Shown: positions 37,902 to 46,722 of the stretch, piece by piece
Layout: each line of letters opens with the position of its first letter
Numbering within the stretch: the first letter of the stretch is position 1
NCBI GenBank assembly: GCA_964607805.1
Contig: CAZSLF010000003.1
Span: 3,190-67,189, forward strand
Source of the DNA: an uncultured Candidatus Saccharibacteria bacterium
GTDB taxonomy: Bacteria; Patescibacteriota; Minisyncoccia; Phycocordibacterales; CAIZLB01
DNA: 64,000 nucleotides
Direction: 5' to 3'
Notes under the pieces: model-generated
Seen by the model: only the letters and a program-made list of their open reading frames with translations
Database searches by the model: none
What the model was told of the DNA's origin: nothing
Made by a program: the position numbers and the translations under genes

Positions 37902-38122
37902 AGGCTAATTGAAACTCTTTGGGATATCGGTGAAGGCTAAGTCTAGCAATAGATATGCGAATACCGAGGGAACTCCTTTTAATTAAGGAGAGCGCCGTAG
38001 AGACTAGATACCAGAGTACCTAAGTTTGCTTTGCAAATACGGTAAAGATATAGTCCATACTTATATGAAAATATAGGATTCAAGCACGCGAGAGGTCGTG
38101 GGGTCAGCACCCATCAGCCGCG
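37846..38122 (+). tRNA. tRNA-Asp (GUC) interrupted by a 205-nt group I intron in the anticodon loop
   Basis: Exon 1 GCGGCTG-TA-GCTC-AACGGTA-GAGC-A-CTCGC-CTGT (37846-37879). Exon 2 CAC-GCGAG-AGGTC-GTGGG-GTCAGCA-CCCAT-CAGCCGC-G (38085-38122). The joined loop CUGUCAC is the canonical Asp loop. Confidence 0.8.
37880..38084 (+). mobile_element. group I intron (tRNA-type, IC3-like), no internal ORF
   Basis: The 5' exon ends in U, which can pair as U.G in P1 (CUGU with GCAG at 37886-37889). The intron ends in G. Core strings CGUAGAGACUAGA and ACCUAAG match the Azoarcus/cyanobacterial tRNA intron cores as recalled. Confidence 0.75.
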
Positions 38123-38150
38123 CATCAAAGTTGGTAAAACCAACAAAAAC

Positions 38151-38178
38151 GCCCACCCAAAAGTGGGTATTTTTGTTA
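38151..38178 (+). terminator. intrinsic terminator after tRNA-Asp
   Basis: CCCAC-CCAAAA-GTGGG followed by TATTTTTGTT. Confidence 0.6.
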
Positions 38179-38192
38179 TATAATCGATATAT

Positions 38193-38861
38193 ATGAATGA
38201 AATAAATTCGGAAACAAAAGCACAAACCAGCATGGGTAAATTAATAATCGCACGTCACCATGAATCAGACTGGAACCATAAAGGTCTTTGGACTGGTATG
38301 AGAGATAGACATCTTACAGAATATGGTTTTAAGAAATCAGAGGAGATGGGGTGTTTGGTGAATGATATTAAAGTTGATCATGCTTTTGCATCGATGCAAG
38401 TTCGCTCGATTGAAACTTTGTCATCTATGCTTGAGTCGACAGAACAATTTCATGTTCCAACTGAGCATGCATCTTCATTAAATGAAAGAGATTATGGAGA
38501 CTACACAGGGAAAGATAAATGGGAAATGGAAAAAATATTAGGGGAAGAGGGGTGGAATAAAGTAAGACGTGAATGGGATTGTCCAGTTCCAAACGGCGAA
38601 ACATTGAAAATGGTTTATGAAAGAGTGGTGCCATTTTTCAAAGAAAGAATTTTACCTTTACTAAAAGATGGAAAAAATATTCTCATGGTCTCTCATGGAA
38701 ATGCAATTCGTGCGCTTATGAAATATATTGAAAATATCCCGGACGAGGAAGTAAAAAATGAGGAGATGATATTCGGTGCAGTTCTTGTCTATGATTTAGA
38801 TCAAGAAGGTCATATGGTCAACAAAGACATAAGAAGGACGGATTCTTCTGTGAACGCATAG
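38193..38861 (+). CDS. gpmA: 2,3-bisphosphoglycerate-dependent phosphoglycerate mutase / histidine phosphatase family
   Basis: LIIARHHESDWNHKGLWTGMRD (RHGE-type catalytic His) and a later SHGNAIRAL motif. The start may be the ATG at 38232. Confidence 0.8.
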   Translation: MNEINSETKAQTSMGKLIIARHHESDWNHKGLWTGMRDRHLTEYGFKKSEEMGCLVNDIKVDHAFASMQVRSIETLSSMLESTEQFHVPTEHASSLNERDYGDYTGKDKWEMEKILGEEGWNKVRREWDCPVPNGETLKMVYERVVPFFKERILPLLKDGKNILMVSHGNAIRALMKYIENIPDEEVKNEEMIFGAVLVYDLDQEGHMVNKDIRRTDSSVNA

Positions 38862-38910
38862 TTTTTTGCGCTTAGGTGTGATTTTTCACCCTAAATGCTA
38901 AAATATACCC

Positions 38911-39267
38911 ATGAAAATCAAAGAAATCGCCTTTACTGTATATGCAGTAAATGACATGAAAAAAGCAAAGGAATTTTACGAAGGTGTTTTAGGTTTGGTT
39001 CCAGGTTCAGAATTTAATAGCGATACATGGACTGAATATGAAGTAGGGACAGGGATTTTTGCACTGGGATGCGCACCTGAACAATGGAAGACATCACCAG
39101 ACGGTGCATCAGTTGCATTTGAAGTAGAAGACTTTGAAGAAGCAGCGAAGAATCTAAAAGATGCTGGTGCGGAATTTAAAATTGAGCCATCTGAATTTCC
39201 AACTTGCCATATGGCGGTTGTAAAAGATCCGGACGGAAATCATGTTTTAATCCATAAGCGAAAATAG
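38911..39267 (+). CDS. VOC family (glyoxalase/bleomycin-resistance fold) protein
   Basis: 118 aa. IAFTVYAVNDMKKAKEFYEGVLGL ... VVKDPDGNHVLI pattern. Confidence 0.75.
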   Translation: MKIKEIAFTVYAVNDMKKAKEFYEGVLGLVPGSEFNSDTWTEYEVGTGIFALGCAPEQWKTSPDGASVAFEVEDFEEAAKNLKDAGAEFKIEPSEFPTCHMAVVKDPDGNHVLIHKRK

Positions 39268-39304
39268 GCCGGTAAGAATTTTATAGATCAGAAATCGCTA
39301 AAAC

Positions 39305-40138
39305 ATGGATATACTGAGACTAATCCGAGTAAGAAGTTGGGTGAAAAATATATTTATTTTTGCGCCAATATTTTTTGGTGGATTTGTTTTTGATATCGGC
39401 TTACTGGCACAAACTTGTTTAGCTTTTGTCTTGTTCTGTTTTCTTTCAAGTTCAGTCTATATAATCAATGACATATTTGATTTAGAACAAGACAGAAAAC
39501 ATGAAAGTAAAAAGGGGAGACCTTTGGCATCGGGTAGAATTTCAGTTCCTGTAGCTGTGGCGATATGTGCCTCCCTTATTGTTTCAGTTTTTGTTATAGG
39601 AAGTATTTTTATCCCAGAAATTTTATGGATAATAGCCATATACTTCTTACTCAATATTCTGTATTCAAAGAAGCTTAAACATATTCCAATTGTAGATATA
39701 TTATGTATTTCACTATTCTTTCTTATAAGAATAATTGTTGGAGGAATTTCAGCCTCAGTCCATATTTCATATTGGTTAATGGTCTGCACGGTTTTCCTCG
39801 CACTATTCCTAATAGTCGGAAAAAGACTTGTTGAATTCACTCAAGAAGAGCGGCGGCCAGTACTCAAAATATACTCTATAGATTTTCTGAAGAATTTACT
39901 TATGCTTACCTCTGTACTTGTGATTGCGACATATAGTGTATATGCACTTGTTGTACTTGATTCACCCTGGGCAATTGCAAGCATCTTTTTTGTATTGCTA
40001 GGAATACTACGGTATCTATACTTGATATACACATCTAAAAAAGTTGAGTACCCTGAAAAAGTATTGCTTCAGGATGTTACAGTCTTTTCGAGTGTGGCAC
40101 TTTGGATGCTAACGATGTTTTATATTTTTTACTTTTAA
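39305..40138 (+). CDS. UbiA-family prenyltransferase, decaprenyl-phosphate phosphoribosyltransferase-like
   Basis: NDIFDLEQDRKHESKKGRPLASGRIS (NDxxDxxxD...K..RP.A.G) and about 8 TM helices. Confidence 0.8.
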   Translation: MDILRLIRVRSWVKNIFIFAPIFFGGFVFDIGLLAQTCLAFVLFCFLSSSVYIINDIFDLEQDRKHESKKGRPLASGRISVPVAVAICASLIVSVFVIGSIFIPEILWIIAIYFLLNILYSKKLKHIPIVDILCISLFFLIRIIVGGISASVHISYWLMVCTVFLALFLIVGKRLVEFTQEERRPVLKIYSIDFLKNLLMLTSVLVIATYSVYALVVLDSPWAIASIFFVLLGILRYLYLIYTSKKVEYPEKVLLQDVTVFSSVALWMLTMFYIFYF

Positions 40139-40187
40139 TTCACGCCAGAACGCCCATAGCTTATACTTATAATAACTATTAACCACT

Positions 40188-41222
40188 ATGAAATACTTAA
40201 TCACAGGCGGATCAGGATTTTTGGGAATAAATATGGCGAGACACTTACTTGCGAAAGGGCAGGAGGTTATTATTTTAGATAAAGAAAATTTTGATTACCC
40301 AGAACTTAGCAAAATAAAATTCGTAAAAGGAGATGTTAGAGATCCGGATTTAGTGGCTAGGGCGATGGAAGGAATCGATATTGTAATTCATACAGCAGCG
40401 GCCTTACCTTTATATTCTGAAGAAGAAATTATGACAACAGAAGTTGAAGGTACGAAACTTTTGCTCAAAACTGCTTACGAGAAAAAAGTTTCTCGATTTA
40501 TTCATATTTCATCAACTGCCGTATATGGAATTCCTGATCATCATCCACTCGTCGAGTCAGATAAATTAGATGGCGTTGGCCCATATGGTAAAGCAAAAAT
40601 TTTGGCGGAAAAAGCATGTGAAGAATATCGCGCTAAGGGTATGATCGTTCCATTGCTCCGGCCAAAATCTTTTGTGGGGCCGGAGCGCTTAGGAGTATTC
40701 GCTCTTTTTTATGATTGGGGAAAAGATGGAAAGAATTTCCCCATGATTGGAAATGGAAAAAACCGATATCAATTGCTCGATGTTGAAGACTTATGCGATG
40801 CAATATATTTAGCAGCAACTATCGATCCGAATCTGGCAAACGATACATTTAATATCGGTGCAAAAGAATTTTTAACAATGAGAGAGGATTACCAAGCGGT
40901 TTTGGATAGGGCGGGATTTGGCCGGAAAATTATAGGCTTGCCTGCCACTCCAATTATTTGGATACTGCGTCTGCTCGAGGCTTTGAAATTATCACCTCTC
41001 TACAAATGGGTCTATGAGACGGCCTCAAAAGACTCTTTTGTATCAATTGAGAAAGCTGAGCAGAAGTTGGGGTATAAGCCCAAATATTCGAATATACAGG
41101 CCTTGGTGCGCAATTATGAGTGGTATATAGATCATTTGGCTGAGTTTGAAGGTCAAAGCGGCGTGACGCATAGGGTTCCTTGGAAACAGGGTATACTTAA
41201 GGTGGCTAAAATATTTTTTTAA
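40188..41222 (+). CDS. NAD-dependent epimerase/dehydratase (extended SDR)
   Basis: ITGGSGFLG Rossmann motif and YGKAK catalytic Tyr-x3-Lys. Confidence 0.85.
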   Translation: MKYLITGGSGFLGINMARHLLAKGQEVIILDKENFDYPELSKIKFVKGDVRDPDLVARAMEGIDIVIHTAAALPLYSEEEIMTTEVEGTKLLLKTAYEKKVSRFIHISSTAVYGIPDHHPLVESDKLDGVGPYGKAKILAEKACEEYRAKGMIVPLLRPKSFVGPERLGVFALFYDWGKDGKNFPMIGNGKNRYQLLDVEDLCDAIYLAATIDPNLANDTFNIGAKEFLTMREDYQAVLDRAGFGRKIIGLPATPIIWILRLLEALKLSPLYKWVYETASKDSFVSIEKAEQKLGYKPKYSNIQALVRNYEWYIDHLAEFEGQSGVTHRVPWKQGILKVAKIFF

Positions 41223-41242
41223 TCACGTCCTAATCAAATTTT

Positions 41243-41611
41243 ATGGCATACATATATCTCATAATTTCTTTTACTTTAAATGGCATAGCAAACCTTATGC
41301 TACGCTATTCGGCTTTGAATGAACCCGAAATTCGAATGCGAGATATTGGATTTCAATTTATTACTGATCATCGTTGGTTGATTGCCGGATTATCAATTTT
41401 CGCAGGCAATGTTATTTTCTATATGCTCGCTTTGCGCCACTTACCAGTTTCTGTTGCATATCCTGTTATGGTTGCAATGAGTTTATTGATTGTAGCAACA
41501 GGCGCAAACTTTTTGTTTAAAGAAGCAGTGACAGGTACACAAATTGTTGGATATGTACTTTTGATAATAGCTATATATTTATTGACTGCTAAAAAGATCA
41601 CTTCGAACTAA
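41243..41611 (+). CDS. SMR/EamA-like four-helix small transporter (ArnE/ArnF-like)
   Basis: 122 aa with 4 TM helices. LRHLPVSVAYPVMVAMSLLIV resembles the lipid-linked-sugar flippase subunit pattern. Confidence 0.6.
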   Translation: MAYIYLIISFTLNGIANLMLRYSALNEPEIRMRDIGFQFITDHRWLIAGLSIFAGNVIFYMLALRHLPVSVAYPVMVAMSLLIVATGANFLFKEAVTGTQIVGYVLLIIAIYLLTAKKITSN

Positions 41612-41636
41612 ATAATTAAGTTAGATCCAAAATACT

Positions 41637-42134
41637 ATGTTGCCACAAGCGTATCCATTTTTTAAAGATTTAGATATATCAAGTCTTAAAAATAATATTA
41701 TTCTGCTTGATATAGATGGGACGCTCGTTTTTGATAATGGTCTGGAATTAGATGACATTACGATTCAGAAAGTTAAAGAATTGGCGCAGTCAAATAAAGT
41801 TTTTTTATGCTCGAATAGTAAAGACTTGAAACGAGATAAAAAATTTCAAGCAATACTTGGTGTTGGATCAGTGTCTGGAGTTTATAAAAAACCAAATAGA
41901 AAGATAAAAGATTTGGCTTTGGAAAAGTTTAATAAGCTGGAGGATGCAAAGCAAGGGTTAAACAAATCCGCTCCAATAGTTGTAATAGGTGACAAATCAA
42001 TTATAGATGGAAGGTTTGCCAAAAAGATTGGCGCTGAATTTATTAAAATCAGAGGTTTGTATTCTGGTCGTGAATCTATCTTTGTTCGTGTTTCTTATTT
42101 CGTAGATCGACTGTACAGTATATGCTGTAAATAA
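41637..42134 (+). CDS. HAD-superfamily phosphatase (YqeG/IIIA-like)
   Basis: Motif I ILLDIDGTLV, then CSNS, then a late VVIGDKSIIDG. Confidence 0.7.
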   Translation: MLPQAYPFFKDLDISSLKNNIILLDIDGTLVFDNGLELDDITIQKVKELAQSNKVFLCSNSKDLKRDKKFQAILGVGSVSGVYKKPNRKIKDLALEKFNKLEDAKQGLNKSAPIVVIGDKSIIDGRFAKKIGAEFIKIRGLYSGRESIFVRVSYFVDRLYSICCK

Positions 42135-44619
42135 GTAGGAAGAGGAATGAGATTAGAGTTGTATAATGTCCTGAAACAAAATCTTTTGAAGGAGGGAAAG
42201 TCATCGAAAGGGTGGTTGTTGATTTTAGATTTGATTGAGACACGGGAATTATTGTGAACCCCGGTGAAGCTAAATAACTTTTTTGCTGAACTGAATTAAC
42301 TTCCGGTATCCATCCAGGGTGAAAGCTTTGGCGAATGAAAACCCATTCAAATTCTGTATTGTTATTTGGATCTTTAACTGTATTGGAAATAGTACCAAGT
42401 TTATGTGGAAGACTGCTGAGACTAGGAAGTATGATTGAAGTATTTGTATTATTTCTCAATATGTCTTGTAGGGGAATTTCTTGAACTGTAGTTGTAGACA
42501 TGTCTCTGATTTTCTTGATAATAGGATCAAAAGGATATGTTTCTTTCTTAGTTTTAAAAGTAATAATTTTTGTTGGATATCTCGAATATCTTTTCTCAAG
42601 ATTTTCAAACGTTTTTGAATCGTCATCAAGGAGAAATATTACATGAGGGTTTTTATCATAATTTTTGAGTACTATATCAATATATTTTACAAGTTCCTCT
42701 TCTTTTTTATGCTTATAATTTGTAATAAGCGTAAATCTTGATTTTTTACTGAGTCGAACTAATTCATCCACATCGGCTGAGTCTACATAAACTGTAAATA
42801 AATTATTAAATATTCTATTTGTAAATATTGTTTCTTGAAAACGGCTGTAGTCAGGGTCACTAATTTTTCTATTTCTGAAGCCTGTATCACCAATAAATAA
42901 ACCAATATTACCTCGAATAATACTTGCAAAAGGGGCAGGATTATTTATCTCTGCAACAGTAAAACTAGGAGAAGGTTTTGTAATTGTGAAGAAATCAGGA
43001 TCACCAAAATTTACGAGGTTTTCTCTATTTTCAGTTGTTTTGTCTATCAAGACAAGAGTTTCTATGCCGAAGAATTTTAATAAATCCTGTTGAGTATGTA
43101 TTTGTATTGCACCGGATGTAATTGGCTGATAGAAATTGGTTAATCCCCAAGTATCTGGATGGGGACTGAGGGTGTTACGGGACATTCTAAAAAACATACT
43201 ATTTATGCTCGATTCAACTAAGTTTGAATATGCAGTTTTGCCTTCTAATCTTCCAATTTCAGCATCTAATATATCTTGAGTTGAGTCTAGTACATATGAT
43301 TGCACCATGGTCATCTTTTTAGATTCAGCGATAGTTTTGGCCAATGACGCAAGCTCGCCATCAGCATATTTTTTATATACATGTCCATCAAAATGATATG
43401 CGCTCATCTTCGGTACTAGAATATAATTTGCAACTGGCAGAATAAAAATTAAAAGTACTATTAATACGCCATTAATTTTAAAGTTACTTATAGTAATTCC
43501 ATTTTTAATAAATGAAATTAATGCAAAAACATAAGGGATCGTTAGCAAGAAAAAGAATGTTTCAAACCATCGGTGAAAATATATTGGCAATAAAATATCG
43601 ATTTCAAGAACCTGAGATACAAAATATAGCGAAATAGTTAAAATAGATATAAGAAATACTGAAGCTGATAGTCTAAATATGTATTTTCCATTATCATTTT
43701 TACAAAAATACGACAGATACAATCCATAAGCTGCGATAATAAGGTGGGGCCAAGTTTGCATGAGTAATTCAAGGCTGTTATACGGTGTAGCTTGAATTGA
43801 GCCAGAAAAATATGCATAAGATCCTAGCATTGGGATAATCCAGAAAGATGCTCCAAGTAGTCCGAATATATGAATAAAAAACGCTCTTTTGATATAGAAA
43901 AATATGTCTTGTCTCTTTTGGAAAAGAATTAATATTCCAGAAAGTGGTATACAACTTAGTGCAGTATGGATGCTACTGATATAGATCATTGCCCAACAAA
44001 GTGATCCTATAACAGCAAAAAATTTAGATCGGGAAATTATAGATAAAAGTGCTGGAATCAAAAATATCATGGAAATATTTTGTGCCAACATGGAATTGAA
44101 AAAAAGTGATCTTGATCCTGGTGAGCCGGTATTAATTCCAAGCATAATAGAAGCCCCTAAAATAATTGCTGTATATATTTTCCAATTTTGTTTGATATTT
44201 TGCTGAAGTCGGACGAGATCTGGAAATTCTTTTTTATAAATATACAAAAGCCAGATAAGAGTCGTGCTTGAGATAATCAAAAGTATTAGCCCTGATAATA
44301 ATTTATAAACAATTACTGAGTTATCAAGGAATAGATTAAAAAAACTACCAATAAGGTACATAAGAGGAGGGTAGAGAATAGGGAATGGCATCCCTGCCTG
44401 CCAATTTGATAACCACCCCCAAGTGCTGGGAAAATGACTCTTTGCATACACATCCATAATTGCTACATGTGCTGCCCCATCCCATCCTGAAATATTAGGC
44501 AAAGTGAAAAATAACTTAGTCAGATTGAGGTGAAAGAGGGTGGAGAGAAAGGATATGATTATGCCTCCTGCGAGAGCAAATAATCCTAGGGACAAATATT
44601 TTTTCATAGCAGTATTCAT
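42076..44619 (-). CDS. large polytopic membrane protein with C-terminal extracytoplasmic domain (putative GT-C-type glycosyltransferase)
   Basis: About 450 aa with more than 10 TM helices, followed by about 400 aa of soluble domain and a C-terminal TM. The upstream extension to 44778 is non-hydrophobic, so ATG 44619/44607 is preferred. The function call is contextual only. Confidence 0.45.
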   Translation of the reverse strand: MNTAMKKYLSLGLFALAGGIIISFLSTLFHLNLTKLFFTLPNISGWDGAAHVAIMDVYAKSHFPSTWGWLSNWQAGMPFPILYPPLMYLIGSFFNLFLDNSVIVYKLLSGLILLIISSTTLIWLLYIYKKEFPDLVRLQQNIKQNWKIYTAIILGASIMLGINTGSPGSRSLFFNSMLAQNISMIFLIPALLSIISRSKFFAVIGSLCWAMIYISSIHTALSCIPLSGILILFQKRQDIFFYIKRAFFIHIFGLLGASFWIIPMLGSYAYFSGSIQATPYNSLELLMQTWPHLIIAAYGLYLSYFCKNDNGKYIFRLSASVFLISILTISLYFVSQVLEIDILLPIYFHRWFETFFFLLTIPYVFALISFIKNGITISNFKINGVLIVLLIFILPVANYILVPKMSAYHFDGHVYKKYADGELASLAKTIAESKKMTMVQSYVLDSTQDILDAEIGRLEGKTAYSNLVESSINSMFFRMSRNTLSPHPDTWGLTNFYQPITSGAIQIHTQQDLLKFFGIETLVLIDKTTENRENLVNFGDPDFFTITKPSPSFTVAEINNPAPFASIIRGNIGLFIGDTGFRNRKISDPDYSRFQETIFTNRIFNNLFTVYVDSADVDELVRLSKKSRFTLITNYKHKKEEELVKYIDIVLKNYDKNPHVIFLLDDDSKTFENLEKRYSRYPTKIITFKTKKETYPFDPIIKKIRDMSTTTVQEIPLQDILRNNTNTSIILPSLSSLPHKLGTISNTVKDPNNNTEFEWVFIRQSFHPGWIPEVNSVQQKSYLASPGFTIIPVSQSNLKSTTTLSMTFPPSKDFVSGHYTTLISFLFLLIYSIYCTVDLRNKKHEQR

Positions 44620-44817
44620 GTCGGGATTCAAATAAGTAGAACAATTATAACATGCAATTATTGCTTGATTAGGTAGTGTGTTATGATGGTTTAAATATGG
44701 AAAATAACGATATAAATAAAGCTCCTCAGTCTCCAGAGACGCCAATCGCGCAGTCGGCTGTAAAATTCCGCCTCTCAAAAGCTTTTATAGCTTATGTTGT
44801 TATCAGCTTAATAATTA

Positions 44818-46287
44818 TTATTTCAGCTGTCCTGCTTCTTGTGAATTAAGGGGAAGACTTAGTTCAAATACTGTTTTGTACTTATTTGCGAGCTGCTTAT
44901 TCTGGCGAGAATTACTGACTTGATGGTTAATATGGTGGATATTATGATTACGAGGAATTAATCTGAGAGTGCCTTTAAAGTATTTTTCGGCAATATGTTT
45001 TGAAGCTGAAAGTCCATATCCACAGCCTCGTCCGTCTTTGGTTGTGAAGAAAGGGTTAAATATATTCTGAGCAATTTCGATAGGGATACCTAGGCCATTG
45101 TCCTTAATTGTTATGATAGCGTTTTTATTTTGTAAGACTAGGCTAATATAAATACTCGGATAATACTTATTATGGTTATTGGTCTGCGCTAAATTCTTTT
45201 TTGAATCTTCGACTGCATCGATAGCATTGCTGATCAAATTTGTAAGTATATGAGTGAGTAAAGAAGAGGAGTTGAAAAGTACTGGCCCAGAGAGCAAGTT
45301 GGTTTTTACCTCTATTTGATTCTTCATCAGCCTATGGCGGTGAATTAACAATGTTTCTTCGATAGTGTCTTTAACAGAAAACTCAGTTTCTTTTAGATTC
45401 ACTTGAATATGTTTTCTTGTAGATCCTATTATGTTTTGAATTTTTTGGCTTGTACTAATTAGGCTATTCATGGAAGTTTTAATAGCCGCATCAGCAGATT
45501 TTGGACTGGTTTCAATCTCGATACATAGCGCGTTCAAAGGGTTGATAAGATCATGAATTAAACCAGAAGAAAGTTTGCCAAATTCTATGAATTTATATAA
45601 TCCAGATATTTTCTCAATCTGCATCTGTTCAATTTGATTAGTTCTTTCAGCGACACGGATTTCAAGATTGTCTCGCTCTACACGTAATTCATCCTCTGAA
45701 TTTCTTGCTCTTTTAAGTGACAATTCTGTTTGTCTATTTGAAATCCAAGTGACTACAGACATGAACAGAATAAAGACACCGAATTCTATAGCATCGCTTA
45801 GTGAAGGAGAGTTATTCTGCCAACTGACGTCATGGGAAATAATATGCTTACTAGCAAGTATGCTACAAATTGCCATAAAAACAGAAATACATATTGCATA
45901 AATAAAGGCCGCACGACTATTTATGAGAATTCCCATAAGAATAGTCATGAGTGTTAAAGATAGGAGAGTGGCTGGAAGAAATACACTCCATACCAAAATT
46001 CCATAGACACTTCCAATCGTGAAGGTGGCAATAAATATTATAGAGGCAATATTGATACGTCTTGTTCTAGAAAAATAATAGGATGCCAGAATTGGGACAA
46101 AAGCGATAAGAAAATACGCAAATCCTATATAACTTTTGGCTAGAATTTCATGCTTGATAATCAGTAATTCAAATACAATTAGCAAAAACATACAAAACGC
46201 CAGCATGCTATTCAGGACTAATTCCTTTCTATGCGTATCGGGTTCTTGTGATAATGGCCCAAAGTATTTAATTATAAGATTTTTCAT
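44818..46287 (-). CDS. sensor histidine kinase
   Basis: 6 N-terminal TM helices. H-box SGLIHDLINPLNAL, N-box NLISNAIDA, G1 IKDNGLGIP, G2 GCGYGLS. Confidence 0.88.
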   Translation of the reverse strand: MKNLIIKYFGPLSQEPDTHRKELVLNSMLAFCMFLLIVFELLIIKHEILAKSYIGFAYFLIAFVPILASYYFSRTRRINIASIIFIATFTIGSVYGILVWSVFLPATLLSLTLMTILMGILINSRAAFIYAICISVFMAICSILASKHIISHDVSWQNNSPSLSDAIEFGVFILFMSVVTWISNRQTELSLKRARNSEDELRVERDNLEIRVAERTNQIEQMQIEKISGLYKFIEFGKLSSGLIHDLINPLNALCIEIETSPKSADAAIKTSMNSLISTSQKIQNIIGSTRKHIQVNLKETEFSVKDTIEETLLIHRHRLMKNQIEVKTNLLSGPVLFNSSSLLTHILTNLISNAIDAVEDSKKNLAQTNNHNKYYPSIYISLVLQNKNAIITIKDNGLGIPIEIAQNIFNPFFTTKDGRGCGYGLSASKHIAEKYFKGTLRLIPRNHNIHHINHQVSNSRQNKQLANKYKTVFELSLPLNSQEAGQLK

Positions 46288-46722
46288 TTTCTCAGGATTA
46301 TAGGATTCCTGTCGTGACGACTATATTTTACCTAATTTTTCTCAAAATTGCCCCCTAGTGGTCTCAATAGGTTTTGTAGCCTTTTTCTTAGAAAAGTGAG
46401 CAACCAGTTGTCGCCTGATTGCTCACTTAATTCACACTACTTCCAAGGTATATCCAATTTCTCGGCTATCTGGGCGTCTGTGAGTTCTATGGCAGTCTTT
46501 ATATTGCAACTACCATCCAATATTTTGCTTAGCATAAGATTTATAGAAGAAAATATTATTAATCAATTATGTACTCGCCAAACTTATGGAATACTCTGCG
46601 AGTACATAATTGTGCCTTTCGGCGTAGCCACTTTAACAATTCGTAGATTAAATTCTCATCAATTTTGGCTCAATTTTTTATGAATTTTTTGAGCTTACTT
46701 TTCGAAAAATTTACCAAATTTA

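Noticed and set aside
42076-42134. 59-nt convergent overlap of the HAD phosphatase and the large membrane protein, as a sign of mis-assembly or a pseudogene
   Set aside because: Both ORFs are intact with sensible termini. The overlap may simply reflect unstructured C-terminal tails. There are no frameshifts or internal stops.
46348-46683. 111-aa plus-strand ORF in the RR-HK spacer
   Set aside because: It starts at a non-ATG codon and runs antisense to the operon. Its composition is driven by AT-rich spacer and hairpins. The region is better explained as a decayed ORF6N-type relic.
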